Positions 40,268 through 53,460 are shown, counted from the first letter of the stretch. The stretch is DNA of 64,000 nt from Vicugna vicugna (GCA_013265495.1 MU061578.1:3917308-3981307); one strand, 5' to 3'. The notes: a model not told the origin generated them from the sequence alone. A program made the numbers and translations.

Positions 40268-42799
40268 TCATGCGGACCCCACCCCGGGCCCATCCGGGGT
40301 CTGGGGAACGTACTGGTGGATCCAGGACACGTAGCTCATCACTCGGGCGTACACCCCGGGGAAGTCGTGATGACCACAGATGTCTCCCCAGCTCACGACC
40401 CCTACCTGGACCCAGGTGCGATTCCAGCTGCATACCAGTGGGCCCCCAGAATCGCCCTGTGGGGAAAGGCAGGACTCAGTGAGCACCACTACGTGCCCCT
40501 GCAACAGAGCTTCTGGGCCCCGGGCGAGGAGGAGACAGAGGACGGTGCAGGCCTGGGGTCCCACCTGGCAGGAGTCCCAGCCCTACTTCCCCGCGCACAG
40601 CTTGTCATCCCTGATGATCTGCTCGGTGCTGTTTGAGGAGGCGTTCTCGTAGCACTGGTTACAGGCCTCATTCCCCACAACAGGCACTTCCACCTCCTGC
40701 AGGTGGCAGGGCGCGGGCAGCGGCGCTGTGGGGACGGGCTGGATGAGGACAGGGACTCATTCTGCTCCATACTAGGGCTCCCCCAGCCATCAGCAGAGAG
40801 CACGGGGGCCCCCACTGCCAGCCCTGACCCTGACCTACAACCAGCTGCCCTGGCCCTGCACTCAGCTTCCCCACATCCACTAAAACCGTCCAGCTCCAGG
40901 ATGCAGGGCTCTGTCAGCAGGAGTCTGGGCTCCATGTGCCTTAGGACAGAATGACCTAGGAAAGAACATTCTCCCAGGAATTCTTTTCCCTGGGAAAAGG
41001 GATGGTCTAGGGCCTGACCTGAGGAAGTGCGTGATGACAGGGAGGAAATGCTTCTGAGTGGGATGGGTTCAAGTTTTCACTTTCTGACTCGGATCCGCAC
41101 ACCTGAGACCACGGCAGGCCCCAGCCTCTCTCTCCTGGGTTTTACTCATCTGCAGGAGGACAGTCGAGGTCCAAACACCCCCAACTGTTGTGGTGAGGAC
41201 CCCGTGAGAAATGTGGCAGTCCCTGGCATGGCCTGGCAGAGAATAAATGCCCCGGGGCCTCCGTGCACATTCAGGCTCAAAAAGGAACTCCTCCTCAGAA
41301 GATCAAACATAGAATTAATATGTGACCCAGAAATTCCACTCCTCAGACCCCAAAGGAACTGAAAAAAGATGCTCTAACAGGTGCTGGTACCCACATGTCC
41401 ACAGCACCATGATTCACAGGAGCCCAAAAATGGAGACCTCCCAGGTGTCCATCAACTGATGAATAAATACACAGGATGTGGTCCATCCATATGGTGGACT
41501 ATTATTCAGCAATAAAAAAGGAATGAAGCACTGACACTTGCTCCAACGTGGCTGAGCCTTGAAAACATGCTCCGTGAAGGAAGCCAGACACAGAGGACCA
41601 CGCATTGAGTGACTCCATTTATATGAAGCTTCCAGAGGCTGGAGAGTGGGGAGTGAGTATTTGATGGGGACAGAGCTTCTGTTTGGGAGGATGTCCTGGA
41701 GACAGATAGTGGTGATGGGGGTGCAACAATGTGAACATACTTATCACCACTGAATTATACACTTTAAAATGGTTAAAATTGGAAAATTTTGTTACTAATA
41801 TTTTACCACAGTGGAAAAGGAGAGGATGCCCCCAAATCACAGAGAACAAAGCATTTTCAACAAAGCCACAGCCATGCATCTGGGACTACCCTGCATCTCC
41901 GCACACAGCCATGGGGTCTCCCAGAGCCTTACCTCCAAGTCTGATGTAACCCCAGCCAGTCACCCAACACATCTGCCTCTCAGGGACCCTTAGTGAGGCA
42001 GGCGGGAGGGAGACCATGCCAACGTGATGGGAGGGCATCACAGGGGTCTCCAGTCTCATCAGGGCGACATCCGCACCTTCCTCCACAGACAGGCTGGCGT
42101 TGAACCTGGGGTGATGGATGATATGCGTCACCTTGGTCAGATGGTCGTGGTCATAGAGTTTCAGCTGCCCACCTTGGGCCCTGACGGCACAAGCCTGCAA
42201 GTCGCCCCTGCGGAAGGGGGAACCGGGGGCTTCTCAGAGAAGGCTGGGGGCAGGACTCCCCTCGCAGCAGGAATCGGGCTGCCACTGACAGAGAGGTGGC
42301 TTCCCCTGTAGCCCCTGGCCCTGCCCCCAGCCCACTTCCCACCACCCTTCTGGGGTCCCCACCCCGACTCCACGTGCCCAAGGGGGCAGTGGGCTGAGTG
42401 ACGCACCATTCAGTGCAGTGGGCTGCGGTCAGCACCCACTGAGGGTGGACGAGGGAGCCCCTGCAGACATGCAGCCACTGCTCACGGTCCTTACTGTGCA
42501 CTCGGAGGCTGACCTGCTATGGCCACCGACCAGCAGGAGCATCATGTACCCCCACAGGGCCAGCCCGCTCCCTCCCCAGGTCGGGATCTGAGAAGCAAAG
42601 GAAATAGCCATCAGGGACCCCAGCGCCACCTCTCACACTCAGTCCCTCCCGGAGGTGGACTGACCAGTCCCAGCCTGAGCTGGCAGTGAGGGGTCTGAGT
42701 AGCAGGGCAGGGGGTGGGGACAGGGAGTCAGAACTCACCCGGGGACATGGGCACAGAGCCCCCCAGGCCTGGGAAGGTCAGGAACACCAGCCACAGCAT
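40268..42799 (-). pseudogene. Second complete mastin-like pseudogene
   Basis: Exons 42739-42799 (MLWLVFLTFPGLGGSVPMSP), 42407-42587, 41933-42207, 40565-40725 and 40268-40456 ([24 protein letters not shown]). Nonsense TAG codons at 42517-42519 and 40583-40585; IVGG->PVGV; acceptor before the ATG changed to CGG. ATTAAA at 40025-40030 (- strand). Confidence 0.9.
41293..41812 (+). mobile_element. L1MB-like 3' end inside an intron of the 40-43 kb pseudogene
   Basis: gacccagaaattccactcct..gtgtccatcaactgatgaat..actttaaaatggttaaaa. Confidence 0.8.
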
Positions 42800-43959
42800 C
42801 CGCACAGGGAGGACAGGGTCCTGGGTGAGGATGGAGATGCGGGGCCAAGTGGGGACATCCTCGTCTGATGGGCTGCTGCTCTCGTTCCTCTGCAGCTTCT
42901 CTGAGCCCCTTTACACCCTGGTGCAGGAAGTAGTCAGACGGGTCAGACCCCTGGATGCAGGACGAGGCGGAAGTGAAGCTCTTCCTCTCTTGGCTCCATG
43001 GGGATGGAAGTTGAGGAGTCGGTCAACAGGCATGAGAAGGCCCTCATCCTGCTTCCCACCAGAACTGCCCGCACCCCTGCTGGCAACGACCACACTGCGG
43101 CCGCACAAATCACAGCCACAAACACACAAGGGACCAAGCCCGTGGAAACAAGCCCAAAAGAATGTGAAGAGGACGCAGATTTGTCGGAAGAAGCCCTGAG
43201 CACCAGCCCAGGCTGGTGGGATGAGGGACAGCAGACACCAAGTGCCGGGCGCAGCCACAGGGCAGCCCCCAAATCCACTGAACTCGGTGAGGCAGCGCGG
43301 AGCATGCCACCGTCTGACTAGAGCACAGCAGGTGGCTGCCCTCGCCACCTCGTCCTGAGGGACACGGCACCCTGTCCGCCCTGCAGGTGGGCTTCTTGGA
43401 GGCTGAGACAGTGGGACATGCAGGGAACACATGGGGGGCGGGCAGTGGGAGGCAGGCACACTGAGCAGGGCTAGGCAGAGGGAGAAGATAGTGTGGTGCA
43501 GGGCTGACAACACGTTGACTGGCCCATGAGGAGGTCGAGGGTGTCCATGGCCCTCATGGGGACAGAATGCTGGCCCTTACACCATCCTGGATTAGCTAGG
43601 ATGGGATGGACTGGGGTGAGGTGGCCACGAAGGAGTTGCCGGACCCCTAGACCCAGGTCAACAAGTGCTGCCCTGAGGGGGACCTTAAAGCCCATCTCTG
43701 CCCAGCACAGTCCACCCGCACTTCCCCATGTGCTGGGGACACCTGCTATAGGACAGTGGGGGACCTCTCTTCCCGGGAAAGCTCGGAGGCTTGGCTCGGG
43801 GTGCAGCCAAATGCCGCCATGGCACCGTGGAGGCCACCAGGGCCCCTTCACTGTCCATCTAGGCCTCCCCCCCCAACTACCACCTTTGGACTCTGGGACT
43901 TACTTGGTGGTGCGACCCAGACATCCATCCCTAAGGGGTCTGAACTTTGTCTGGTCACA

Positions 43960-45900
43960 TGGACTTCTCAGGCCAGGTGGCTGCCCTGTTCACTTGCCAT
44001 CACAATTGATGAGGGGGTACCAGGAGAGTGCCGCCCATCTCCCCGGCCCTCCATTGTGACACAGCAGCCCTTCTGCTGCTGGCCCGTGTCCTTGTCCCTA
44101 GCAAGATGGTGACACTTCTTCTTGCCCACTGACCTCTGGACACAGTACCACAGTGTGGCCAGGGGTTGGCTATAACTTAGATTCCAAGTGGAACTGGTGA
44201 AAGTGGGCTGCCTTGAGGAACCAGGACCCCTGACCCTGCAGAGTCCAGAGTTGTGGGGACCAGGATGACAAGTCCCCACTGAGAGTGATTGCAGGTGGGC
44301 TGCCTGCTCCCCCCGTGGCCTCCACGCTCTGATTCCTCCTGTTGGGGACACAGTTCCAGAGAAGGCCTGTGATTCTGCCCTCGCTTCCTGCTGGAGGACG
44401 GCCCCGTCCTGTGATGAATCACCACTGAGTGGGAGCTGAGGCCACCCCAGTGCACCATCAGGCCAGCGACTCCCGGGGTGTGACCAGTGGCCACCCAGCC
44501 ACAGGCTCTCTCGTGCACACCCCTCCTGAACTGCAAAGGGGGGTCCGTGTGCTAACGCTATGTTATATGGGATTCAGAGCCCCTGTAGCTCTTGGATCTT
44601 GGTGCCAACCAAGTTTCTGCAAAACCATACGTGGACTGTGTCCATTCCCATCAGAACAAGTCTCTGGCCCCTCCAGGAACGGAGGGCCCAACGCGAGCAG
44701 CTGTCCACAGGGCTGGTTGCTTCCTCGCTGAGCCGTGCCACTGGGGCTGGGAGGTGGGACATCATGGCAACAGTGCCTGATCGGCCCTGGTAAGAGGCAC
44801 GGCCCCCACCTCTCTGCCAGGACTGCTCTCCCTCAAGCCTGTCTTGCCCGCTCTGTGATGCCAACAACCAAGATGGGCAGGCGTCTTCCAGCCAGGCGGT
44901 TCTGTCTGTCCGAAATCCAGGGACTCTCTCATATAGTGTGGTCTCAGGAGGTCACTCACGCAGAGCAAAAGTCTTCCCACTTGGCGTCCGTTCCCCTATG
45001 TCCTTCACGAGGCCTCCTCCTCCTCTGTTTCCCCCTCAACCCTGTTCTTGTCCCAGGCCACCACCCAGCCAGCCAGGCCAGCCACCACCCCAACAAGTCC
45101 ACATACCTTGCCTTGGGCGTAGCCAGGCCCACCGCCCAGAGCCCCTACTTTGGGAAGCTTGGCCACTGTCTTTCAAGGCCATTCCCAGGTGAGGCTGCGG
45201 GCAGCACCATCCATGTCTGACCCACATGCTGAGCTGACCCAGCCACAACCACCAGCAGTTCCTGCAACCACCCTCCCCACAGCCCAGCTGCAAGCTGACG
45301 CCCGGGCACTTTGCAGTGGCAGGAATGAGCGGGGGCCTGGGCCACCTGCCTGTATTCTGGTCCCTCTTTGGCCAGTTCTGGCTGGGCCACCTCTGCCCTG
45401 TTCCCACCCAACCGTGTGACTTGGTAAGCAAGGTGGAGCCTGGATCACTTCAGCACGGTCACTGTGTCCCTGTGGTCAGGCCGCCCCATCTACCACACAG
45501 AAGCTCCCCGGAATCATCTTTCCGGAGCAGCAGAGGCTTCAGCACAAGTGGCAGTGACCTGTGTTCACCCTCCCGCCGGGCTGGCCACAGCCCTGCTCAC
45601 CACCTGCGTCCACCACCAAGGTCCTGCACAGAATCGTGTCGGTCAGGGCACGGGCTGCAAGTCACGGGGCTGGACCTGCTGCAAGACCCCTTCCCACTGT
45701 GAGGACCACTCAGAACTGGCAGCCTCTTGGATCACCAGCCACATGGGCTGGAGCAGTGCCCCAGGTGGAAACGTACTGCTTCTGAAATGTGAGAGAAATG
45801 CCATGCGCTGTGCTCTCTCCACAGTGAGAGGTGAGGATGCCATCGGCTGTCTGTTGCTTTGATCTTGGGACCCCTATGTGACTGACGTGGCCCCTGTATC
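43960..45900 (-). mobile_element. ERVL internal (pol/dUTPase) remnant
   Basis: - strand peptides ERAQRMAFLSHFRS..LLQPMWLVIQEAASSEWS..VLQQVQ and QPHLGMALKDSG resemble the ERVL RT-connection and RNase H segments. Confidence 0.65.
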
Positions 45901-45974
45901 TTTTCAGGGCTGACCTCCCCTCCTGGGGTGCACAGCCTGATTAGCATATAATAACAGCATGGACCAGTGAGGTC

Positions 45975-46085
45975 CAGAACCTTAGAACGTGAACTTTTTT
46001 CAAAATAGGGTTATTGCTGTTGTAAGGAGTTAAGATGAAGCCAGACTAGAACAGGGTGGCCCCTCAATCCAGTGATGGAACAAGT
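45975..46085 (+). mobile_element. MaLR LTR fragment
   Basis: gaacgtgaac..aaatagggt..gttaagatgaag..agggtggcccctcaatccagtga. Confidence 0.5.
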
Positions 46086-46217
46086 AGAGAAAGAAGAAAT
46101 TCATTCTCGTACCCCAGTAATCAGTGAGGAGAGGCCGTAACGATAGTTCAGAGCATCATTGGTTCACCCCCATTTATGATAGCTTCACAAGGAGTGTTCA
46201 GAATGAGTCCATGATGA

Positions 46218-46594
46218 GTAAGCCAGAAAAAGAAAAATACCATATGAGATCGCTCATATGAGGAATCTGAAAAAAAAGAAGAAAGAAAGAAAGAGAAAAA
46301 TGAACATAAATACAAAACAGAAATAGACTCATAGACATAGAATACAAACTTGTGGTTGCCGGGGGGAGGAAGGTGGGAAGGGACAGACTGGGAGTTCAAA
46401 ATTTGTAGATACTGACAGGTGAACAGGGAAATCAAGATCTTGTGGTAGCTCACAGCGAAAAAGAATGTGACAATGAATATATGTATGCTCATGTATAACT
46501 GAAAAATTGTGCTCAGCACTGAAAATTGATACAACATTGTAAACTGACTATAACTCAATAAAAAAATAAGTAAATAAGTAAACAAACAAACAAA
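46218..46594 (+). mobile_element. 5'-truncated L1 3' end with TSD
   Basis: Same 3' UTR as 5360-5640 with an A-rich tail; 19-bp TSD cagaa(t/c)gagtccatga(t/c)ga at 46199-46217 and 46595-46613. Confidence 0.9.
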
Positions 46595-47800
46595 CAGAAC
46601 GAGTCCATGACGACTACAAAGCTCTCCCAAGAAGGAAAAGAAAGTGTCATTTAATGTTGCTCAATAGAGACATTGTCATCAAATATCAACTCTTCAGGGT
46701 GATATGAACTGTAGGCAAATCTGGTCATTTTCATGTTAAAGTGATTCCCAAGCTTGTCCAGAAGGAAACACAGGGGAGGGTGTCCAAGGAAGCCACAAAC
46801 CAGAGCATGGAGCCAGGGACACAGCCGATACCACAGCGTCATCACAGTGAAGACCATGGCCTTCCGTTAAACATGGTGGACCCACTGGCTGTCTGTGCTC
46901 ATCCCCTGAACCCCAGCCACGGAGATAGCAAAGCTGCCACAGATAAACAGCATCCACTCAGAGGGCGAAGAAAAAGGCTGACGGTGTCCGTGATGGACAG
47001 GCAACAAGCAAGTGTCTGGAGGAAACCAGACAGAGGAGACAGAGAAGTGGGGACAGCTTCACTGGTGCTTGGCTGTAAAAGAGCCACCATGTCTCCAGGG
47101 GACACAGGCGAGGGATCATGGAAGCAGCGGGGTCTAAGAACAGGAAGGTGGTTTGAAAGTCTGGACACAGAGCCTCAGAGCCTCCTCCAGCTGGATGATG
47201 AGTTGACCACCCTACTCCCACCCAAGGACACAGGCCCAGATTTATTCTCTGCAGAAAGTGAACCAGACTTATGGCTGAGGACCACTCCACACAGAGGAGG
47301 GTGGAAGAAAGGCACGAGGCTGAACAAAGAAGGATTGGGAGACCGAGACCCCAGCCCCCTTCTCCCACCTACACCCAGGGCCATACGCCCAGGAGGAGGC
47401 TGAAGAATCCTAGGTGAACTTGGGTCCCAGAAAAGACCACTGAACACAGGAATGACATCTGGGACGCCCAGTTTCTCACCCAGTCCTCTTAGAATAAACC
47501 AAAGAGTCAACAAGCCCTACCAGGCTGACAGAATTAAATCAGCCCCTGAAAGCCTCACTCTTACTTGGACTGTTGATAAGCAGTTTTTGTTCATCAGAAA
47601 AGTCCACTTGGCTACTGTGAGAACTTTGGGCATAAACCACAAACCACCCTAAAACTTAGTGATTTATTAAGTGTGTAGAAAACAGGTGGCGCTCCCCAGG
47701 AAGCATTGAATTGGAAAGTTAGAAACCAAAGGAAAACAAACCAACAAAATTTATTCAAAGCTACTCAACTAACAAGGGAGAGAATTAGAAGTTTAAGGAG

Positions 47801-47940
47801 AGGGGGAGGGTACAGCTCCGTGGCAGAGCTCGTGCTTAGCATGCAGGAGACCCTGGGTTCAATCCCCACTCCCTCCTTTAAAAAGTAAATAAATAAACCT
47901 AATTACCTCCCCCCTAAAATAAATAAATAAGTAAGTAAGT
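47801..47940 (+). mobile_element. vic-1-type SINE
   Basis: ggggagggtacagctccgtggcagagc..cttagcatgcaggagaccctgggttcaatcccca plus (taaa)n tails. Confidence 0.85.
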
Positions 47941-49838
47941 TACGGAAACTTTTAGGGAGAAGATGCTGCATTTGTGAAACAAAACCTACACACTGCTTTC
48001 ACTATGAAACAGGTAACAACCAAGGGTCCTTGGAAATCAAAAATAGAACAAGTTAAACATTCCACAGAAAAGTTGGAAAATTAAATCAAGGGAGCTTCTT
48101 AGAAAATGGTACAAAAAGACAAAGAAATGGTCTTTCTATTCTCTTGACAACCTAAAAAAAAAGAGGAGTGAGCTGAAGTTGGCCCCTCCTAGGTGCACTG
48201 AGGTGTTGTACCCCCTACCCCCAGCCATCTGCCCGTCCCCAGGTGAGCTTGGGAACAGCTGGACAGAAAAGGAAACATCTGGGGCTCAGGCACAAGCAGA
48301 CTCATCTGAGGATCAGCTGTTGGGGGCAGAATGGACATGTTCTGACACGCAGACTCAAACATGCACCTCCAAGTCCCTAATGCAGGTTGGGCTCTGGAGG
48401 AAGTGGACTCTGAGATGGAGGGTTGGAGGGTATCACACAGGAGGTTTGCTGGGGAGTCAGGACCTGAGAGGGGCCCCACTTTGTTCCAGCTGGGCCCTGG
48501 CCTTGGTGAGTGGATGAGTGGATCCGCTGGCACGAGCTGGCTTTCTCTGCCCTGAGCCCCCAGGGCCAGGGGCAGGAGCCCACCTGCACTCACTCACACT
48601 CAGCCCTTAATTGCTGGTTAATTGCTCTCAGCTTCTTGTTGTCTTTCTCAAGAGCCAATCACTGCCCAATTCCCTGGCCCAGTAGCCCTGTCCTCCCCAA
48701 TTTCTCAAACATCCTAACACACGCAGCAGCAGCAACTGTAGTCTGGGGGCCAGCACACTGCCTACTGTCACATGCCACCCAACATCAATGTGGGGGCCCA
48801 GCTCCAAGACCCTCACCCCAGGGTGGTCTTCTGCCGCCATGGGTTGACTCGAGAAGCCCACTCTCAGGTGAGACTAGCACACGGGGAGTTCATGAGGGCA
48901 ATCAGCCCTGTGCAGAGCCGGGAGGAAGGCAGGACCAGGCGGAGCGAGGAGATGGGCTGTCACCCAGTCAAGGGCTCAGCCAATCCTACAAGGGGTTTGG
49001 GAGCAGGGAAGCCCCAGGGCGGGAGTGGGGGAGGTACAATGGCCTGTATAACCTCCGGTCATCTGTTATGGGAAATGGACACCCGGGAGGGGGCCTGACC
49101 TTGGTGAGCTGGCCCCCTAGCCATCCCTTCAAGACTGAGGGTGAGGGCCTTGCCAGCAGCTGTACAGGGAGCCAGGCAGCCTGTTCTCCCCAAAGGGACC
49201 TGTGGGAAGCCAGCATCTCTGGTGAAGTCACCCCCGACCACATAGCGCATCCCACAGCTGAGGGAAGGTGAGTTGGCCTACAGCTTCTGTGCCTGGATGG
49301 GCCCTGTGGCCACGCCTGGTTTCCACAGGGCAGGGGTGCATGACCCACGTCCAGGGGAATGCTCACTAAGGGGGCACAGTCTGGGGTGATCAGCAGCATG
49401 TCTCCCCCTTGTGTCAGTGAAGAAAAGAGAAATGGGTTTCCTGGAATAAGGGGAGCAGCACAGGGAATTGCTTCCTGTGCCCCACAGGACCCCATGGTGG
49501 AGGGAACTCTGGGAGGAGAGGTGACAAGGCCCACAGGAAGCTGTGGCCTCAGTGACTACAGTGACGGTGGCTGTGCAGCCAGTCATCCCGGGACACCTGA
49601 GCAGGATGCCACATGCCAGGCTGCGGTGGGGCCAGTAGCCCCAGGTCACTGCTCTCAAGACTTGCACCCAACATCCTGACCTGGCCCCACCTCCTCCCCC
49701 CAGGTCCTGGGGGGACCATGCATATGGCGTTGTGTCCTTCCCTTGCTGCAGAGCTGGGAAGGAGAGGAGGTTCGGGACCCACAGTCTGCAGGCTGGTTGG
49801 CATCTCACAGCACCTGTCACTGTCCAGGTGTCACTGCT

Positions 49839-50290
49839 AAAATCTGTCCCCGTGTCCCATCCACCATAGGCCCCCTGCAGGTGCAGCTCTGAGCTCGGGC
49901 CCCCATGTCCTGGGAGAGGTCCTCACAGCTCAGCACTGGGCCCAGCCCCAGGGGTCAGCTGCACTTCCATCCACTCCTGTCCCTCTCTGGCCATTTCCCT
50001 CCAAAGCACCAGTCATCCCTGGAGACCTTAGGGCCAGAGCCGTGGGGGCATAGTTCTTCTCGGGCCCCCCAGGACCATGGTGGATTGGAGCCATGCACAG
50101 AATGGACACTGAGTTTTCCCCTCCCAGACACCCACGGAAAACTGCCCAGGGGAGGCCGGCTGGCCAGAGGGACACAACCACAAGGGGGCGGCAAAGAGCA
50201 AAGGCCGCTGCTCCTGGGGGTCCTGACCCTCCCCCAGATCCTGGCTCCACGTTTTGCCTTTACATTTGTTCAAACATTTAATGAAACCTG
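49839..50290 (+). repeat. Copy 1 of a ~450-bp dispersed direct duplication (partner 55871-56295)
   Basis: Shared blocks cacagctcagcactg, cagctgcacttccatccactc, ctctctggccatttccc, tcatccctggagacctt and gctccacgttttg. Confidence 0.85.
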
Positions 50291-51349
50291 AAATTTTTTA
50301 AATGACATTGCTGTCAGAAATGGAAATCCGCTATCATGTCTCATAAGCAGAAAACTGACATGAAATTATGGAAAGTAGAAACAAAGTGGAATCACGTGGT
50401 TTCACGGGCAGATCGGGGGTTAGGGGCCTCCTCCAGCTGGGTGCATAACTGATGGGGGGGTGGGGGAGAGAAATCCTGCCTCTGTTCAGGGAGGAAACCC
50501 CTGTCCCCTCTGGGCTGCAGCCTCCTGGCCGCAGATGGAGGGCAGGCAGGCCACAGGCGAGGCGCACAGGAGCCCCAGACGCCAGGTGCTGTGGGCCGTC
50601 AGCATGGCTCTCCAGCTCTCTGAGCCTGGGCTGCTCTGCCTCAAAACGAGGGGCGATGTTGGCCCCTGGGGCGTGGGAGGTGAGATGAGAGCTTGGTCCC
50701 GCCTGGCACGGTTGTGCTGGGAGCACAGGGGCCTCCAGGTTCAGCAGGGTGATGCCTGAACCCCCAAAGTCAGCAGGCTCTGACTGAACTCAGGGTACTG
50801 GGTTATATAAGTCACCTTGGTCAGCTGGCTTTGGTGTTTTGGAGTTCCTGTCCTCCAGGAGGTGACTTCCTGCAGGGAGAGAATAAACAAATAAATAATA
50901 CACTTTGGATGAGTCTAGGAAGAAAGAAAAGGATAATGAAGCATGTTGGGGTGAAATTTGTTCTTCAGCTAAGATTTGGGGGACAGAAGGCAGGAACCTG
51001 CTGGGTGTCCCTACAAACTTGGGCCTGGAGACCTGGAGCCTAGCACCTGGGAACGGGAGGCTGGACCCCCCCAGGACCAAATCGGCCCCTGAGGGCCCCC
51101 TCCACCAGCACATCCTGGGTCAAACCTCACTCAGCAGGAGGCTGGAGGCTGAGGAGGGGCCAGCAGACCTTGGGGGGATGTGGGGCACATGTATCTCTAT
51201 GTGTCCTGGTGGCGTGCTGCGGGGGTCTCCCAGCTCAGTCCTTGCAGCAGCGTATGTGAGCCCCACCGAGCAGCCTCCCTGAGCTCAGTGTGCCTGGGCT
51301 GTTAATCTTTGCTAATCTTCTGTCTAGGTAATAGGATCTCAGTGTGGTG

Positions 51350-51539
51350 TTTTTTGTTTTGGTTTTGTTTTGTTGTTTTGTTGGGGTTTTTTTCTGAGAT
51401 GTCATTAATTTTGCACATTTTAAATTTTGGGGGTGGGGATAATTTTGTTTGTTTATTTAACAGAGACACTGGGGGATTGAACCCAGGACCTCGTGTAGGC
51501 TAAGCACATGTTCTACCACTGAGCTATATGCTCCCCCAC
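51350..51539 (-). mobile_element. vic-1-type SINE
   Basis: ggggattgaacccaggacctc..ctaccactgagctata; degenerate TSD ctcagtgt(g/a)gt. Confidence 0.85.
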
Positions 51540-51935
51540 CTCAGTGTAGTTTTAATTCACATTTTCACTAGTTGATTTTTAACTGAGGGGAAAAAAAAGA
51601 TGAAATTTCTGTTACAAGTCAGAGTCATTACAGAAGAAATGAGAGAGTGGAAGAAGGGGGCAGTGGTCCTGAAAGCAGGCTGTGCCCCTTGTAGAGGGTT
51701 CTGCAGGGAGTTCATCTGGTCTCTTCTTGGGGAGAGGCTGGACCCCCACAAAGCCTGCAGATGCTCTTCTGTAATTGTCAGGTTGGAACTTTCTGTCGGA
51801 AGAGCATCCCCATGGGCTGCCAGAGTCAGACAGGCCCTGGCTTGGTGGGATCATCCAAGGAAGCTGTCGCAGCTTGGAGGACACGCGTGGACATGGGCCA
51901 GCCAGGGAGAGAGCCCTAGTGCAGACTGAGGGCCT

Positions 51936-52341
51936 CAGCCGGTAAGACTGTATCCATATCACCAGCTGGCATGACTGTATCCACATCACCAGCCGGTAAG
52001 ACTGTATCCATATCACCAGCAAATAAGACTGTATCCATATCACCAGCCGGTAAGACTGTATCCATATCACCAGCAAATAAGACTGTATCCATATCACCAG
52101 CCGGTAAGACTGTGTCCATATCACCAGCAAATAAGACTGTATCCATATCACCAGCTGGTAAGACTGTATCCATATCACCAGCAGGTAAGACTGTATCCAT
52201 ATCACCAGCAAATAAGACTGTATCCATATCACCAGCCGGTAAGACTGTGTCCATATCACCAGCAAATAAGACTGTATCCATATCACCAGCCGGTAAGACT
52301 GTATCCATATCACCAGCTGGTTAAGACTGTATCCATATCAC
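51936..52341. repeat. 27-bp minisatellite, 15 copies
   Basis: Unit CAGC(CGG/AAA/TGG/AGG)TAAGACTGTATCCATATCAC in contiguous copies; 14x27 + 28 = 406 bp. Confidence 0.97.
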
Positions 52342-53089
52342 TTGTAATACATGTACCTCACAATGAAGCTGTTCACCACAGTGGAAACTGTGGGACCTGG
52401 ACATCCTGTACACAATTTTTCTGTAAACTTAAAAATGTTCTGAAAGATTAAGATCTATTTTAAATTTCTTGTAATTAATTGTGGTGGGAGAGAAGGTCTA
52501 GGAAGGACTCAAGACAAACAGGGAGAGCTGAGGGAGGGGCAGGTGGAGGGGTGATGGTGTGAGGCTGGAGGGCTGCAGAACAGAATCAGCCAAGGTAGGC
52601 GAGCCATCAGAAGTGGCTGGTGTGAGAGGTAGGAAAGTGAGGACATCTGGCACCCGTGAGGACACCCTGCAAGTCCCAGGGACACAACCACATGTGACAA
52701 CTACTGCAGGTGAGGGCAGACCAGGGGAGAGGGGATGATTCAGGGCACATGACCCCACTGCCTGCAGGAATCGAGTGTCACAGTGTGTCCCCAGGATAGA
52801 CGTGCAGGCATGTTATGGATTGGAAGTTACATAGCACCCAGGGAGCTGGGTGGACCTGTGGGATGGGAGTGGGAAGGACAGGTCTCTTGCTGGAACCTGC
52901 ATCACACCCACATCAGGTCCCTGGCCACACCTCCTGCTGACTCTCAGGTCAATGACACCCTAGGTACCAGCCTCAGGCACCAGCTTTGGCCAACTCAAGC
53001 AGACAAGGGATTTCAGGAAAGGATGCCAGGAGGGCAGCATCCACATGCTGGGAAACAGGTCCTGGTAGACTCCTGGCTCCTTTTCCCAG

Positions 53090-53460
53090 ACTCTGGGTTG
53101 GAACAGCATCCCCACAAAATCACATGCACCCAGAACATGGAATGGGATCTTATTGGAATAGGTTTTTGCAGATGTAACAAATAAGGTCAGACTGAACTGG
53201 GGGCCCTTAGAAGAGAAGACATAGGTGGAGGCAGAGATTGGGGTGATGTGTTTACGGGACAAAGGATAAGCAGGATTACTGGGAGCCACAAGAAGGGGCC
53301 TGGAACAGGTTCTCCCTCAGAGCCTCTGGAAAGAAGCCACCTGCTGGCACCTAGATTTCAGACTTTGGGCCTCCAGAATTGTGAAAAGTACATTTCTGTT
53401 CTTTTAAGCCACCCAGTTGGTGGTGCTTTGTCAGGGCAGCCCCAAGAAGGCAGTGAACCA
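53090..53460 (+). mobile_element. MaLR LTR (MLT1-like)
   Basis: ggaataggtttttgcagatgtaa..ggaggcagagattggggtgatg..ttctccctcagagcctctgga..atttctgttcttttaagccaccca. Confidence 0.8.

Noticed and set aside
51936..52341. CRISPR-like array, or 9-aa repeat proteins (ORFs 51612-52313, 51916-52308, 51971-52324)
   Set aside because: The units are contiguous with no unique spacers, and the DNA is mammalian. The ORFs arise only because the 27-bp unit lacks stop codons in some frames.
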